Below, piece after piece: positions 24,806 through 40,073 of a DNA stretch of 64,000 bases. Location: the NCBI GenBank assembly GCA_032718475.1, contig JAUCBJ010001639.1, positions 28,672 to 92,671 on the forward strand, written 5' to 3'. Numbering within the stretch: position 1 is the first letter of the stretch; each line of letters opens with the position of its first letter. Origin of the DNA: Nemertoderma westbladi. Taxonomy: Eukaryota; Animalia; Xenacoelomorpha. A program made the position numbers and the translations under genes. A model generated the notes under the pieces. The model worked only from the letters and a program-made list of their open reading frames with translations, was not told where the DNA came from and ran no database searches.

Positions 24806-27060
24806 AAGATTCACTTTACTCTATTAGCTATTAATAATAAGTTATTCAATATATTTGTTTTGTAGTTGTTACGTTCGTTACAAGAGGAGTTGTCAGTAGG
24901 AACTGCTCCGACACCTGTTTGAAAGTCGTCAAGATCGAAGTTCTACATTATATTTATAAATAATAACTAATGTAATATTATTATTATTATTTATTAATAT
25001 AAATATACACCATACTGTAACTTAGAACAAAGATAACATATGCTGACAAATTAACTTTAGTATTATGATGATGGGGTTTCCCCCATAAAAAAACATACGT
25101 ATTTTAAAATGTGAGTCAATAAATTAAGTACATTAAAATAAACCGAATTAAAATTATTACTGTATTTTAATGTTGGTCTTAAAAATATAATAGATAAGAA
25201 ATATTCCATTATAGGAGCATTGCCAATAATTAAGAGACAGACAGGATGTCATATGGAATGAGATAAAATATATGCGTATTAAATTTAAATTTAGATGAAA
25301 TGTATGCGTATTAAATTTAAATTTAGATGAAATGTATGCGCATTAAAAGGACCAGAGTGGATGTGAAGTGAAATAAAATATGTATTAATAAAAGGCTCTC
25401 TTTACTACATTCAGCTATCCCTGGAGGTTGATTGACAGACACTTCTAAGCTTTGATATTTAGCCGCTCTAGGTAGACTTACATTAGGCAAATTCCAAGTG
25501 ACTTCCTAAAGGTTATTTATTTCCATTATGTTCCTATTAGGATCCTATTAGGATCTATTAGGACGTTATTTGAAAGCGTTACTGTATAATAAATAATAAT
25601 AATATATAGACTATACTGTAGATAGACTGATTAATACGGAATACACATTTCAGAGTCATTGAATATTTATTCTAAACCTTTTTCAAATTGATTTAAATTA
25701 CAGTATGTTTTCGCAATATTTGTTAATGAAATGATGAAATTATTATTATAAATGGGATTCGGAGGAGTATAGTGACGTCACGACCAATCACAGAGCGTTT
25801 TCAAATTTTGAATAATTTTTAAACTGAAAACACCAATATCTCGGCTATTTTAGCATCTTATTGAATTCTGTAAACGCCATTGTGTTTCTGTGATATTATT
25901 GCATCTAATTAATCTGGTTTTGAATTTGATTCGTGAACTCAATTAAAGTATAATAAATAAATAGTTATAATTATATACTGTACTGTAAATACGGCACACT
26001 GCCGCCTTTATATAATTATAACTTAACCCCCAGGGCGGCAGAGTGCTGCCTTTACATATCCGTGCCCCTTCCGTGCAATGCCGCTGTCATTACCTCCTGG
26101 TACAGAAGGTGAACGGTAACTTCCTCCTTGTCTATTCTCGATGTGTTTCCTGGTTGATATTAAAGAAAGCCCATCGGAATTCCTGGGCCTTCATCCTCTG
26201 CCTAGTCTAGTCATGTCACCTATGTCGGCCCATATGCCAGCCTTCTTGAACTGTTTCTCCACCATTCCGGTTTCTCTCTCACCAAACTGGTGGTGGCGCC
26301 TTTGGAAAGGCTCAGTACGGTAAGAGACAACTAATTTTAACTCCAATCAACGTTAACATCTGAGATGGATTACACTTCTCTCCTTTATTCTACAATTATT
26401 TTGAGTTACGTGTTAAATGTTTCCTTAATTTCCAGTTCCCATCCGTCGCATCAATACTCATCTGATTTATCCCATTGATCGGGACCTCCCTAGCACACTC
26501 TTATCTATGGGGTTGGTACAGTATATTAGTACCATTCTAAAGCTAAATTCCCAAATTACACTCTATCTATGGGGTGGTACTTTTATATACCCTTCTAATC
26601 TCCTAAGTATGGTCCCATTGACCCGGCATTGGTACGTAATTATGTATGTTAGTATGTATGTAGGCCTACTCATCAGACGTACATAATTTCACTATGCACT
26701 CTTGTAATCCTATATGTATGGTCCCATTGACCCAGCAATAGTGCGTATTATGTATTAGTATGGGTCCCATTGACCTGGCATTAGTACCTAATTATTTACG
26801 TTAGCACATATATACAGTAGTGCTTAACGGACACGTCGGCGCGTGTGGTATCTTGGAAATACTGATTCATTTATTAATATCACCTGGCAGCAATACTCGA
26901 GCTGAATATTTATTTATTTGTACTTCCCTCCTGTTTCACTCTAACATACTTGAGGCCGGTAGGTTCGCTGTTAGAGATAGGATATGCAACTTAAGACTGC
27001 CTGTTCAATAGAAGTGGATTAAGTGAGAGAGTGAATGTCAGAGACAAGTGGCTGAACTGG

Positions 27061-27110
27061 TTAGCGCTACTGATGAGGCCTGCTAGGCTGAAACGTACGT
27101 ATAGCGCTGG
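27061..27110 (+). ncRNA. Type I minimal hammerhead ribozyme
   Basis: Helix I agcgcta/tagcgct; CTGATGA core; helix II ggcct-gct-aggct; GAAA; palindromic helix III cgtacg; GUA cleavage triplet. All core positions intact. Confidence 0.88.
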
Positions 27111-27714
27111 TTCAACCCCCGGTGACACGCTTTCTCATTTTTTCCATTTCTGAACAAAACCATAATATTAAATACTGAAGTACATAGTAAGGAAATACTG
27201 AAGGCAGTAGGCCGGTTGAAACAAATAGTTAATAATGTAGTTTATCGTTGTTAATAATAGCTTTCAATATTACCAGTAAATGAATACAGCTCAATCCGTA
27301 TAATAATCCTACGGACGATGGTGAGAAACTGTGCGACACTGTACAAGAATAATAGCCAACTGAACTAACTAGTCACATGATGACAATATATATATATATG
27401 GAAAATTGGGGGAATTAAATTACACAGCACCAACACGTAAATCTACCAACCAATCGATACACTCTCACCACCACCTGTGCTCCTCCCATTGGCCGGTTTA
27501 TTCCATTACTATTAATTTTCCATTAAGTTTCTATATCCCCTTTGCCCTACATATGTTAGCCCCTTTCCCCTGAGATGGGTATTAAACCATCTCCCGACTA
27601 ACATTGCTTCCTACATTCTCTGGTATGCAATATTGCTTCTGAACTGATTCGTAAATCAGTCCACCTCCCCATTCTCCCGGTAGGTGGCGAGTAGCGGGAT
27701 GGATCCGCTTACAA

Positions 27715-27878
27715 TTTGGGAAGGATCTAAGTTCGTATGGCAATGATCTAAGTTCGTATGAGGAGGATCTAAGTTCGTGTGGGACGGATCTAATTTCGTA
27801 TGGGAAGGATCTATGTTCACCCAAGGTCTGAGATCGTTCAGGATCTAAGGTGCTCTAGGATCTAAAGCCGGGGAACCA
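27715..27878. repeat. 21-bp tandem repeat ggatctaagttcgtatgggaa ending at a probable DNA-transposon terminus
   Basis: About 5-7 units followed by ggatctaaagccgggaacc. Confidence 0.55.
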
Positions 27879-28759
27879 TTTGGGGTATATTTAATTGCAT
27901 TTATACTCTTTTTCCTAAGTTTTACCGTAAGGCCTAAGCAATTAAAATGTTTCGCACTTCCCGCAAACTAAATGCATTTATTACATTATGTAATATATTA
28001 TCTCACATCATCGCTTTCAAAAACTAATGTACAGTGGACAGTTACAAATATTATACAGTATTATTTTAACGAGTTATAGTTTAATTGGTGGTAGTGCAAA
28101 CTAAACAGTGGCCATTACTACAGTAAGCCCCCTGTCTGGGTAAAATCCTATGGAAGCCTGTAGATCCAAAATGTATTTTATGTGTATGCAGGCCCCTATA
28201 CTGTACCGCGCATATTACCAATTGGGGTGTCGATTCAGCCTATTTTAACATCAACTTAATTTCGCGAATATTTAATTTCGATATTCACCATTTAATGTAC
28301 CTTTTAAAGGAAGGTAACATGTTATAATGACAGGCTTTTCTAACCAAAACAATAAAATAAATTTAGGAACACAGTTTACAGTAAAATTTTTACTTCTAGG
28401 CACTAATTTTTCAATATTATTCACTAGAGCAAGTCGTGAAGCAAGTCGTAGAAGACAGTACGAATCAAGTAAAAGCTTTTTGTTTTGTCTGATAATAAAT
28501 TAGTTCGAGGGTAGTCCCGGTGGTGTAGGCCTACGAGAAATTTTCTAGACAACTTCAAACTATAATTATTATGTTGTATCATGTAATGAATTATAAAAGC
28601 TGTTGTCATTATAGAAGATAGAGAGCAGTTAGCGAAATGATTATTTTGTTCTATCGACTAAATCCACTTCGGAAACTCCCACCATTTATGAAATTTTATT
28701 GGAACTGCGACATTTCCCAGTTGAATCATTTGATGTAAGTTCAGACACTATTTCATTCA

Positions 28760-29032
28760 TAAACGGCGCACCAGAATCTTCAACTCGGCCAAAGTTTGCT
28801 TGAGCAGGTGTTTGAAAAGGATTTATTTTCTAGCAATGTCTGCTTCGGTAAGTCCATCTCTAATAAAGCGAAACTCGATCCAAAAAAGGTAGCTTGGGTG
28901 AAGAGAGTAATATTTAAGTGACGGGGGATTGGTTGTGATGAGGACGCAAAGAAAGTGTGGGCTGAAATTCAAAATACTGTTAATGTGCAATTCCGCAAAC
29001 GAAATCTAGACAATTTAAAGAAGTCACAATAA
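28760..29032 (+). pseudogene. BEN-domain ORF remnant
   Basis: LGQSLLEQVFEKDLFSSNVCFGKSISNKAKLDPKKVAWVKRVIFK*RGIGCDEDAKKVWAEIQNTVNVQFRKR resembles the BEN pattern (LL..vF...G...LDP.KV...W..I); one internal TGA at 28919-28921. Confidence 0.65.
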
Positions 29033-30749
29033 AGCCGAAAAATACTGTATGATTAAGTTACTTTATTTTAATGTCGCGTATTTTTCGCTAATGTTTAACT
29101 TTAACGTTTCTAATTATCTGTTAGTATTACATCGTCAATACTCAATGCTATTGAATACTAATGTTTAATATGTTTAATTCGCAATTATATCGTCAACACA
29201 ATTATTCGCAATACATCCGGGTGTGGGTATACCGGGCAAAGGGGCCAGAGGTAACCTCTGTAATTATAGACAGATATTATAACCATATTTATGGGAGGGG
29301 GGGGGGGGGGGGGGGGGGGGGGGCTAATGATTATTAATTAACCATTATATTTTTGTACCCCCATGTGAAGAATACCAGGTTTTCACCAAAAACACAGGTT
29401 ACAGAAGGGCCGAATCTAACCAAACCAATAAACGAATTAGTATATGTACTGTACAGGTTTATAAGACAGAAATAAGCGCTATAAAACACTTAATAAAGAT
29501 AAATAAAAATAAAAAATCTTCATATATAAAATTCCAATAAAAGGTCGACCGAAAAGTGAAATCCTGGTGTTCTTCACATGGGCCATATTTTTAAACTGAT
29601 TTGTCTTTTAAGGCACCAATGGACATCAAACAGACAACAGAGCACCAATTTCCCCCAACAATATTCGCCGAATTAAAACTTTCTCTACAAACAGACGGAG
29701 CCAGTGTGGTTTAGTTAACAACATACGTTTAGTAAAGCCCACAAATGAACTGCGTGATTGGTATGTCTAATATGAGACACACCACAAGCCGGCCTGCCCA
29801 GCTTATGTAATTCAACCCATTAACTCAAGAGCCCAAGGAGCAGACAGAGCCCACTTCCCCATGTGGTGTCTCACTCAAACAGATTAATTATCCATCCCGT
29901 CCCAGGTACAGAAATGCTGAGTATGGCACAGTTAGAAGTCAACCTAACTCAAACCGACGCCAGACTCTAGTTTGAGTTAGATTGAGCTGGCTGCATCTTT
30001 CTGATTTCTCAACTGTTACCCCAGTCTTACCTACTGAAAATATCCATTGACTATCATTAGTAAGAGGTTTGAGAAACGATACCCAGTTTGAGAAATGATA
30101 TTCAGAATGAGATAGGGACTGTAGAGTAGTCAGAGAGAGGAGTCGATGAGGTGTTAATTGATTAATAATAATAACAGCAGTTGTCATGAATTCAATACAA
30201 TCGCGCACAAGAAGTGATAAGACAAATTCGTTCTTATTTTTGTAATAAATAAAACAAATGGAGATGTTTCAATATAAACTGCGATTAACAATTTACAATG
30301 TTCAATGCAATCCACGATATTAATTAAATACAACAATTATATTATTATTATAACAGATTTTTATATTTCAAACTATATAATATTAGCCTTATGGAGAATC
30401 ATTATGAGGCTGAGTAAACATTCAGTCTAATAAGCATACAGCCTCCACAGTATTAATGTTGGCACAAAGATTTCAAAATAAAACAATAATTAGATGAGAG
30501 CAATCAATAGTAGCCAACACACTGTGTAACTTACAGTCATTTAGTTTGGATGCCAATTAATTAACATTGGGAAGAGTTATTCAGCTGAGACTGTACTAGC
30601 CAGCTAAACCAGTTAATGTTTGCTTACTGTCTGGGTTGTAGAGTAGAGTGATATTACTATGCACAGAAAGTACTTCTTTGTTAGTTGGCCCTTCCTATTG
30701 AATGCATTACTTACTAGGCCACCGCTATACATTTTTCATGAGTGCCAGC

Positions 30750-31005
30750 TGGTGTTTTTATCATTGCGCCTAAGGCAATGATCGTGTTTTGGGGCTATTT
30801 TTCGAAATAAAACAAGTTGAGATGTTTCAATTTAAACCGCGATTACACAAATACCCATAGAAATCTATTTTCATGGTTCATGCAAATTTTCATTAAAATA
30901 GTTAGCGCCGTTTTTGCTCTAGATAGGTCAGTAGCCAGTGGCCAGTAGTCAGTAGCCAGTAGCTTTTTTTTTTACAGTAATCAAGTCTAACGACTTGCTA
31001 ATTAG
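30750..31005. mobile_element. Possible Helentron/DINE-like short element
   Basis: Hairpin cattgcgcctaaggcaatg, cagtagc micro-repeat, short motif shared with ~30250. Confidence 0.3.
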
Positions 31006-34000
31006 TTATTTTTTCAACCCTACCCTATGAGAGGGCTGAAACGACACCCCAATTGGCTTTTTGCATACAGTATTGTAGTTTTATAATTTATTTTGTATCG
31101 TTTCTGTACAGTATGTCCAGCATTATTGAGGCGGGCATAGCCACACTCTCGGTAAAGTTGTACGTAGGGCAGATTATTTACGTTTTACATTAGTACGGGG
31201 CAGTTTTCTAATATTGTAATTAATTATACTGCAGGTAATGATAATATACGACGCTTTTATTCGACATTGAAGAAGAAGTACATACTAAAAATGTTACATA
31301 CAGTAGGTATTAATTTATGCATTGCATGTAGTGAGTGGTCTTTAGAGCTAGCGTTTCCACACAAAACCAATATACGCATGAGTTGGATTGTCTCCAGTAT
31401 ATTTCAGAGCTGATTGTAAGAGTGCCGCAGCGAAACGCCAAATACCAGTCATAAGGAACAATCTCATAAAGGTTAAGCTCGCCATCTCGCTGGGTAATCA
31501 ATCGCCTGGATTATTGCTGATGAAGAGGCCATTTTATTTACACAAAACCAGAGTTAGCAGAAGAAAGTCCTGGTGTGGTAAATGTGGCTCAGTCGCAGGA
31601 TATCTTCTGTAGAGGCAAATATTGGCTTCCTATAGCATGAAGCAGGGTAAACAACTGCCAGCCAGAGAAGTTGCAGAGTCCATCGAGGTTATTAAAAGGT
31701 TAAGCTTAGATGCAAGTCGCTTTCAAGTCGGAGTCGGACTTTTGTGGAGGTGACCATAATGACCCGAAGAACCGTTCTTTGTCTAAAGTACTGTACAAAG
31801 CCGAGGTACAATACTATAGTTACAGTAAAAGAGTTAACAAACTCTTAGAGCGTGAAAGCAACCACCACGTCTACAGTAAATTTTACTACCTTTGTTTTAG
31901 AGATATTTACTGTCAGCTTGTTGCTTTTCAGTTACCTAAATAACCAGGTAAGTAAAATATAGGACATCTTTGCAATTAAGCTGCAATGATTTAGAGGTAA
32001 TCCTATGTGTTTTGATGTACAATACCTACCGGGACATTATATACATTGTTTGTGTGTATTGTTATTACTTTTTACATAATATATAAGTACAGTACATACA
32101 GTATACAGAATACTGTATATACAGTACAGTATCACCAAATAAACAGGATTACTTATTCTAAATTTTGTTTAATTCAGATAAAATTAATTGGAAACTGCGC
32201 CTAAACCATCATTACTTCATAAAGTTAATTTGAATAGTGCGCCTAAACCATCATTCCTTCATAAAAGTAATTGGAATAGTGCGCATAAACCCTCACTTCA
32301 TAAAATTAATTGGAATAGTGCGCCTAAACCATCATTACTTCATCAAATTTATTGGAATAGTGCGCATAAACCCTCACTTCATAAAATTAATTGGAGTAGT
32401 GCGCGTAAACCCTCACTTCATAAAGTTAATTGAATAGTGCGCGTGAACCCTCACTTCATAAAATTAATTGGAATAGTGTGCCTAAACCATCATTACTTCA
32501 TAAAATTAATTGGAATTGTGCGCATAAACCCTCACTTCATAAAATTAATTGGAATAGTGCGCATAAACCCTCACTTCATAAAATTAATTGGAATAGTGCG
32601 CCTAAACCATCATTACTTCATCAAATTTATTGGAATAGTGCGCATAAACCCTCACTTCATAAAATTAATTGGAGTAGTGCGTGTAAACCCTCACTTCATA
32701 AAATTATTTGGAATAGTGCGCGTAAAACCCATTTCATAAAATTAATTGGAATAGGGCGCGTAAACCCTCACTTCATAAAATTTATTGGAATAGTGTGCAT
32801 AAACCCTCATTTCATAAAGTTAATTTGAATAGTGCGCATAAACCCTCATTTTATTAAATTAATTTAAATAGTGCGCCTAAACCATCATTACTTCATAAAA
32901 TTAATTGGAATAGTGCGCGTAAACCCTCACTTCATAAAATTAATTGGAATAGTGTACCTAAACCATCATTACATCATAAAATTAAATGGAAAAGTGCGCG
33001 GAAACCCTCACTTCATAAAATCCATTGGAAGAGTGCACGTAAACCCCCAATTCATAAAATTAAATGGAATAGTATGTGTAAACCCTTACTTCATAAAATT
33101 AATTTGAATAGTGCGCCTAAACCATCATTACTCATAAAATTAATTGGAATAGTGCAAGTAAACCCTCACTTCATAAAATTTATTGGAATAGTGCGCGTAA
33201 ACGCTCACTTCATAAAGTTAATTTGAATAGTGCGCGTAAACGCTCACTTCAGAAAATTAATTGGAATAGTATGCCTAAACCATCATTATTTCATAAAATT
33301 AATGGGAAAAGTGCCCATAAACCCACTTCAAAATATTAATTGGAATAGTGCGAGTAAACCCTCACTTCATAAAATTTATTGGAATAGTGCGTGTAAACCC
33401 ATTTAATAAAATTAACTGGAATAGGGCGCGTAAACCCTCACTTCATAAAGTTAATTTGAATAGTGCGCATAAACCCCCACTTCATAAAATTAATTGGAAT
33501 AGTGCGCATAAACCCTCACTTCATAAAATTAATTGGAATAGTGCGCGTAAACCCTCACTTCATAAAATGAATTGGAATAGTGCGCCTAAACCATCATTAC
33601 TTAATTAAATTAATGGGAAAAGTGCGCGTAAACCCACTTTATAAAATTAATTGGAATAATGTGCATAAAGCCTCATTTCATAAAATTAATTGGAATAGTG
33701 CGCGTAAACCCTCACTTCATAAAATTGATTCGAATAGTGCGCCTAGACCATCATTACTTCATAAAATTAATTGGAAGAGTGCACGTAAACCCCCACTTCA
33801 TAAAATTAATTGGAATACTGCGCGTAAACCCTCACGTCATAAAATTAATTGGAATTGTGCGCGTAAACCTTCACTTCATAAAATTGACTCGAATAGTGCG
33901 CCTAAACCATCATTACTTCATAAAATTAATTGGAATAGTGCACATAAACCCTCACTTCATAAAATTAATTGGAATAGTGCGCGTAAACCCTCACTTCATA

Positions 34001-37000
34001 AAATTAATTGGAATAGTGCGCGTAAACCCTCACTTCATAAAGTTAATTTGAATAGTGCGCGTAAACCCTCACTTCATAAAATGAATTGGAATATTGCGCC
34101 TAAACCATCATTACTTAATTAAATTAATGGGAAAAGTGCGCGTAAACCCACTTTATAAAATTAATTGGAATAATGTGCGTAAACCCTCATTTCATAAAAT
34201 TAATTGGAATAGTGCGCGTAAACCCTCACTTCATAAAATTGATTCGAATAGTGCGCCTAGACCATCATTACTTCATAAAATTAATTGGAATAGTGCACGT
34301 AAACCCCCACTTCATAAAATTAATTGGAATACTGCGCGTAAACCCTCACTTCATAAAATTAATTGGAATTGTGCGCGTAAACCCTCACTTCATAAAATTG
34401 ATTTGAATAGTGCGCCTAAACCATCATGACTTCATAAAATAAATTGGAATAGTGCGCGTAAACCCTCATTTCATAAAATTAATAGGAATAGTGCGCGTAA
34501 ACCCTCACTTCATAAAATTGATTCGAATAGTGCGCCTAGACCATCATTACTTCATAAAATTAATTGGAATAGTGCACGTAAACCCCCACTTCATAAAATT
34601 AATTGGAATACTGCGCGTAAACCCTCACTTCATAAAATTAATTGGAATTGTGCGCGTAAACCCTCACTTCATAAAATTGATTTGAATAGTGCGCCTAAAC
34701 CATCATGACTTCATAAAATAAATTGGAATAATGCGCATAAACCCTCACTTCATAAAATTAATTGGAATAGTACGCATAAACCCTCACTTCATAAAATTGA
34801 TTCGAATAGTGCAAATAAACCACCATTACTTCATTAAAATAATGGAAAAAGTGTGCGTATACCCACTTTATAAAATTAATTGGAATAGTGCACGTAAACC
34901 CTCACTTCATAAAATTAATTGGAATAGTGCGCGTAAACCCCCACTTCATAAAATTAATTGGAATACTGCACGTAAACCCTCACTTCATAAAATTAATTGG
35001 AATTGTGCGCCTAAAGCCCCACTTCATAAAATTAATTGGAATAGTGCGCGTAAACCCTCACTTCATAAAATTAATGGGAAAAGTGTGCGTAAACCACTTC
35101 ATAAAATTAATTGGAATAGTGTGCGCAAACCCTCTCTTCATAAAATTAATTGGAATAGTGCGCATAAACCCTCACTTCATAAAATTAATTGGAATAGTGC
35201 GCGTAAATCCTTACTTCATAAAATTAATTGGAATAGTGCGCGTAAACCCTCACTTCATAAAATTAATTTGAATAATGCGCCTAAACCATCATTACTTCAT
35301 AAAAGTAATTGGAATAATGCGCGTAAACCCTTACTTCATAAAATTAATTGGAATAGTGCTCGTAAACCCCCACTTCATAAAATTAATTGGAATTGTGCGC
35401 GTAAACCCTCACTTCATAAAATTGATTTGAATAGTGCGCCTAAACCATCATGACTTCATAAAATAAATTGGAATAATGCGCATAAACCCTCACTTCATAA
35501 AATTAATTGGAATAGTACGCATAAACCCTCACTTCATAAAATTGATTCGAATAGTGCAAATAAACCACCATTACTTCATTAAAATAATGGAAAAAGTGTG
35601 CGTATACCCACTTTATAAAATTAATTGGAATAGTGCACGTAAACCCTCACTTCATAAAATTAATTGGAATAGTGCGCGTAAACCCCCACTTCATAAAATT
35701 AATTGGAATACTGCACGTAAACCCTCACTTCATAAAATTAATTGGAATTGTGCGCCTAAAGCCCCACTTCATAAAATTAATTGGAATAGTGCGCGTAAAC
35801 CCTCACTTCATAAAATTAATGGGAAAAGTGTGCGTAAACCACTTCATAAAATTAATTGGAATAGTGTGCGCAAACCCTCTCTTCATAAAATTAATTGGAA
35901 TAGTGCGCATAAACCCTCACTTCATAAAATTAATTGGAATAGTGCGCGTAAATCCTTACTTCATAAAATTAATTGGAATAGTGCGCGTAAACCCTCACTT
36001 CATAAAATTAATTTGAATAATGCGCCTAAACCATCATTACTTCATAAAAGTAATTGGAATAATGCGCGTAAACCCTTACTTCATAAAATTAATTGGAATA
36101 GTGCTCGTAAACCCCCACTTCATAAAATTAATTGGAATAGTGCGCATAAACCCCCACTTCATAAAATTAATTGGAATACTGCACGTAAACCCTCACTTCA
36201 TAAAATTAATTGGAATTGTGCGCCTAAAGCCCCACTTCATAAAATTAATTGGAATAGTGCGCGTAAACCCTCACTTCATAAAATTAATGGGAAAAGTGTG
36301 CGTAAACCACTTCATAAAATTAATTGGAATAGTGTGCGCAAACCCACTCTTCATAAAATTAATTGGAATAGTGCGCATAAACCCTCACTTCATAAAATTA
36401 ATTGGAATAGTGCGCGTAAATCCTTACTTCATAAAATTAATTGGAATAGTGCGCGTAAACCCTCACTTCATAAAATTAATTTGAATAATGCGCCTAAACC
36501 ATCATTACTTCATAAAAGTAATTGGAATAATGCGCGTAAACCCTTACTTCATAAAATTAATTGGAATAGTGCTCGTAAACCCCCACTTCATAAAATTAAT
36601 TGGAATAGTGCGCGTAAACCCTCACTTCATAAAGTTAATTGAATAGTGCGCGTGAACCCTCACTTCATAAAATTAATTGGAATAGTGTGCCTAAACCATC
36701 ATTACTTCATAAAATTAATTGGAATAGGGCGCGTAAACCCTCACTTCATAAAGTTAATTTGAATAGTGCGCATAAATCCCCACTTCATAAAATTAATTGG
36801 AATAGTTCGCATAAACCCTCACTTCATAAAATTAATTGGAATAGTGCGCGTAAACCCTCACTTCATAAAGTTAATTTGAATAGTGCGCGTAAACCCTCAC
36901 TTCATAAAATGAATTGGAATAGTGCGCCTAAACCATCATTACTTAATTAAATTAATGGGAAAAGTGCGCGTAAACCCACTTTATAAAATTAATTGGAATA

Positions 37001-37067
37001 ATGTGCGTAAACCCTCATTTCATAAAATTAATTGGAATAGTGCGCGTAAACCCTCACTTCATAAAAT

Positions 37068-37526
37068 GTGGCTGGCCACGAGAAAAGGGACCTTTTGGTA
37101 CCGGAGGTCGATTTGGAGTTATTAGGCCTATGAGATGCAGAATTTTACAGAAATTTTAACAAAAAAAACGGTGTCTCAATATCTATTTCCAAAAAAAGTT
37201 ATAGCGATTTATGTGAAGGTGATTCGGGTAGCTCTTTTCCTACCTACCCGTACTAGTACCTTTTATTAAAGTTCTAAATTCACACATGAAAACACTAAAA
37301 CAGTGTTATATACAACACTGCAACATCTTATATTGCTTCCTGTAATTAGTTCTTTCCTAGGTATCTTGAATATCAGAACCAATTTGAATTTCCCGCATCG
37401 TTTTATACATTTCTAACTTGATAATCCAATTAAATTTGTTCAAAAATAGAGGGAAACTTTAAACGCGATTATCTCAGAATCAGGTTTTGCGACATAAGGT
37501 CCCTCCCTTTTCTCGTGGCCAGCCAC
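37068..37526. mobile_element. MITE, Sola1-like, inserted in satellite (copy 1)
   Basis: TIR gtggctggccacgagaaaaggga / tcccttttctcgtggccagccac; 4-bp TSD AAAT (AWWT as in Sola1). Confidence 0.85.
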
Positions 37527-39613
37527 AAATTGATTCGAATAGTGCGCCTAAACCATCATTACTTCATAAAATTAATTGGAATAGTGCACGTAAACCCCCA
37601 CTTCATAAAATTAATTGGAATACTGCGCGTAAACCCTCACTTCATAAAATTAATTGGAATTGTGGGCGTAAACCTTCACTTCATAAAATTGACACAAATA
37701 GTGCGCCTAAACCATCATTACTTCATAAAATTAATTGGAATAGTGCACGTAAACCCTCACTTCATAAAATTAATTGGAATAGTGCGCGTAAACCCTCACT
37801 TCATAAAATTGATTCGAATAGTGCGCCTAAACCATCATTACTTCATAAAATTAATTGGAATAGTGCACGTAAACCCCCACTTCATAAAATTAATTGGAAT
37901 ACTGCGCGTAAACCCTCACTTCATAAAATTAATTGGAATTGTGCGCGTAAACCCTCACTTCATAAAATTGATTTGAATAGTGCGCCTAAACCATCATGAC
38001 TTCATAAAATAAATTGGAATAATGCGCATAAACCCTCACTTCATAAAATTAATTGGAATAGTACGCATAAACCCTCACTTCATAAAATTGATTCGAATAG
38101 TGCAAATAAACCACCATTACTTCATTAAAATAATGGGAAAAGTGTGCGTATACCCACTTCATAAAATTAATTGGAATAGTGCACGTAAACCCTCACTTCA
38201 TAAAATTAATTGGAATAGTGCGCGTAAACCCCCACTTCATAAAATTAATTGGAATACTGCACGTAAACCCTCACTTCATAAAATTAATTGGAATTGTGCG
38301 CCTAAAGCCCCACTTCATAAAATTAATTGGAATAGTGCGCGTAAACCCTCACTTCATAAAATTAATGGGAAAAGTGTGCGTAAACCACTTCATAAAATTA
38401 ATTGGAATAGTGTGCGCAAACCCTCTCTTCATAAAATTAATTGGAATAGTGCGCATAAACCCTCACTTCATAAAATTAATTGGAATAGTGCGCGTAAATC
38501 CTTACTTCATAAAATTAATTGGAATAGTGCGCGTAAACCCTCACTTCATAAAATTAATTTGAATAATGCGCCTAAACCATCATTACTTCATAAAAGTAAT
38601 TGGAATAATGCGCGTAAACCCTTACTTCATAAAATTAATTGGAATAGTGCTCGTAAACCCCCACTTCATAAAATTAATTGGAATAGTGCGCGTAAACCCC
38701 CACTTCATAAAATTAATTGGAATACTGCACGTAAACCCTCACTTCATAAAATTAATTGGAATTGTGCGCCTAAAGCCCCACTTCATAAAATTAATTGGAA
38801 TAGTGCGCGTAAACCCTCACTTCATAAAATTAATGGGAAAAGTGTGCGTAAACCACTTCATAAAATTAATTGGAATAGTGTGCGCAAACCCACTCTTCAT
38901 AAAATTAATTGGAATAGTGCGCATAAACCCTCACTTCATAAAATTAATTGGAATAGTGCGCGTAAATCCTTACTTCATAAAATTAATTGGAATAGTGCGC
39001 GTAAACCCTCACTTCATAAAATTAATTTGAATAATGCGCCTAAACCATCATTACTTCATAAAAGTAATTGGAATAATGCGCGTAAACCCTTACTTCATAA
39101 AATTAATTGGAATAGTGCTCGTAAACCCCCACTTCATAAAATTAATTGGAATAGTGCGCGTAAACCCTCACTTCATAAAGTTAATTGAATAGTGCGCGTG
39201 AACCCTCACTTCATAAAATTAATTGGAATAGTGTGCCTAAACCATCATTACTTCATAAAATTAATTGGAATAGGGCGCGTAAACCCTCACTTCATAAAGT
39301 TAATTTGAATAGTGCGCATAAACCCCCACTTCATAAAATTAATTGGAATAGTGCGCATAAACCCTCACTTCATAAAATTAATTGGAATAGTGCGCGTAAA
39401 CCCTCACTTCATAAAGTTAATTTGAATAGTGCGCGTAAACCCTCACTTCATAAAATGAATTGGAATAGTGCGCCTAAACCATCATTACTTAATTAAATTA
39501 ATGGGAAAAGTGCGCGTAAACCCACTTTATAAAATTAATTGGAATAATGTGCGTAAACCCTCATTTCATAAAATTAATTGGAATAGTGCGCGTAAACCCT
39601 CACTTCATAAAAT

Positions 39614-40073
39614 GTGGCTGGCCACGAGAAAAGGGACCTTTTGGTACCGGAGGTCGATTTGGAGTTATTAGGCCTATGAGATGCAGAATTTTACAGAAAT
39701 TTTAACAAAAAAAACGGTGTCTCAATATCTATTTCCAAAAAAAAGTTATAGCGATTTATGTGAAGGTGATTCGGGTAGCTCTTTTCCTACCTACCCGTAC
39801 TAGTACCTTTTATTAAAGTTCTAAATTCACACATGAAAACACTAAAACAGTGTTATATACAACACTGCAACATCTTATATTGCTTCCTGTAATTAGTTCT
39901 TTCCTAGGTATCTTGAATATCAGAACCAATTTGAATTTCCCGCATCGTTTTATACATTTCTAACTTGATAATCCAATTAAATTTGTTCAAAAATAGAGGG
40001 AAACTTTAAACGCGATTATCTCAGAATCAGGTTTTGCGACATAAGGTCCCTCCCTTTTCTCGTGGCCAGCCAC
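39614..40073. mobile_element. MITE, Sola1-like (copy 2, produced by tandem duplication)
   Basis: Identical to copy 1 except for one A in a homopolymer; same flanking satellite variants 2546 bp away. Confidence 0.85.

Noticed and set aside
26640-26690. Minus-strand CTGATGA-gtaggcctac hammerhead-like start
   Set aside because: No GAAA after the stem.
31300-31950. Possible coding remnant (SWIM/transposon-like) with a gtaagt donor
   Set aside because: No convincing motif in any frame.
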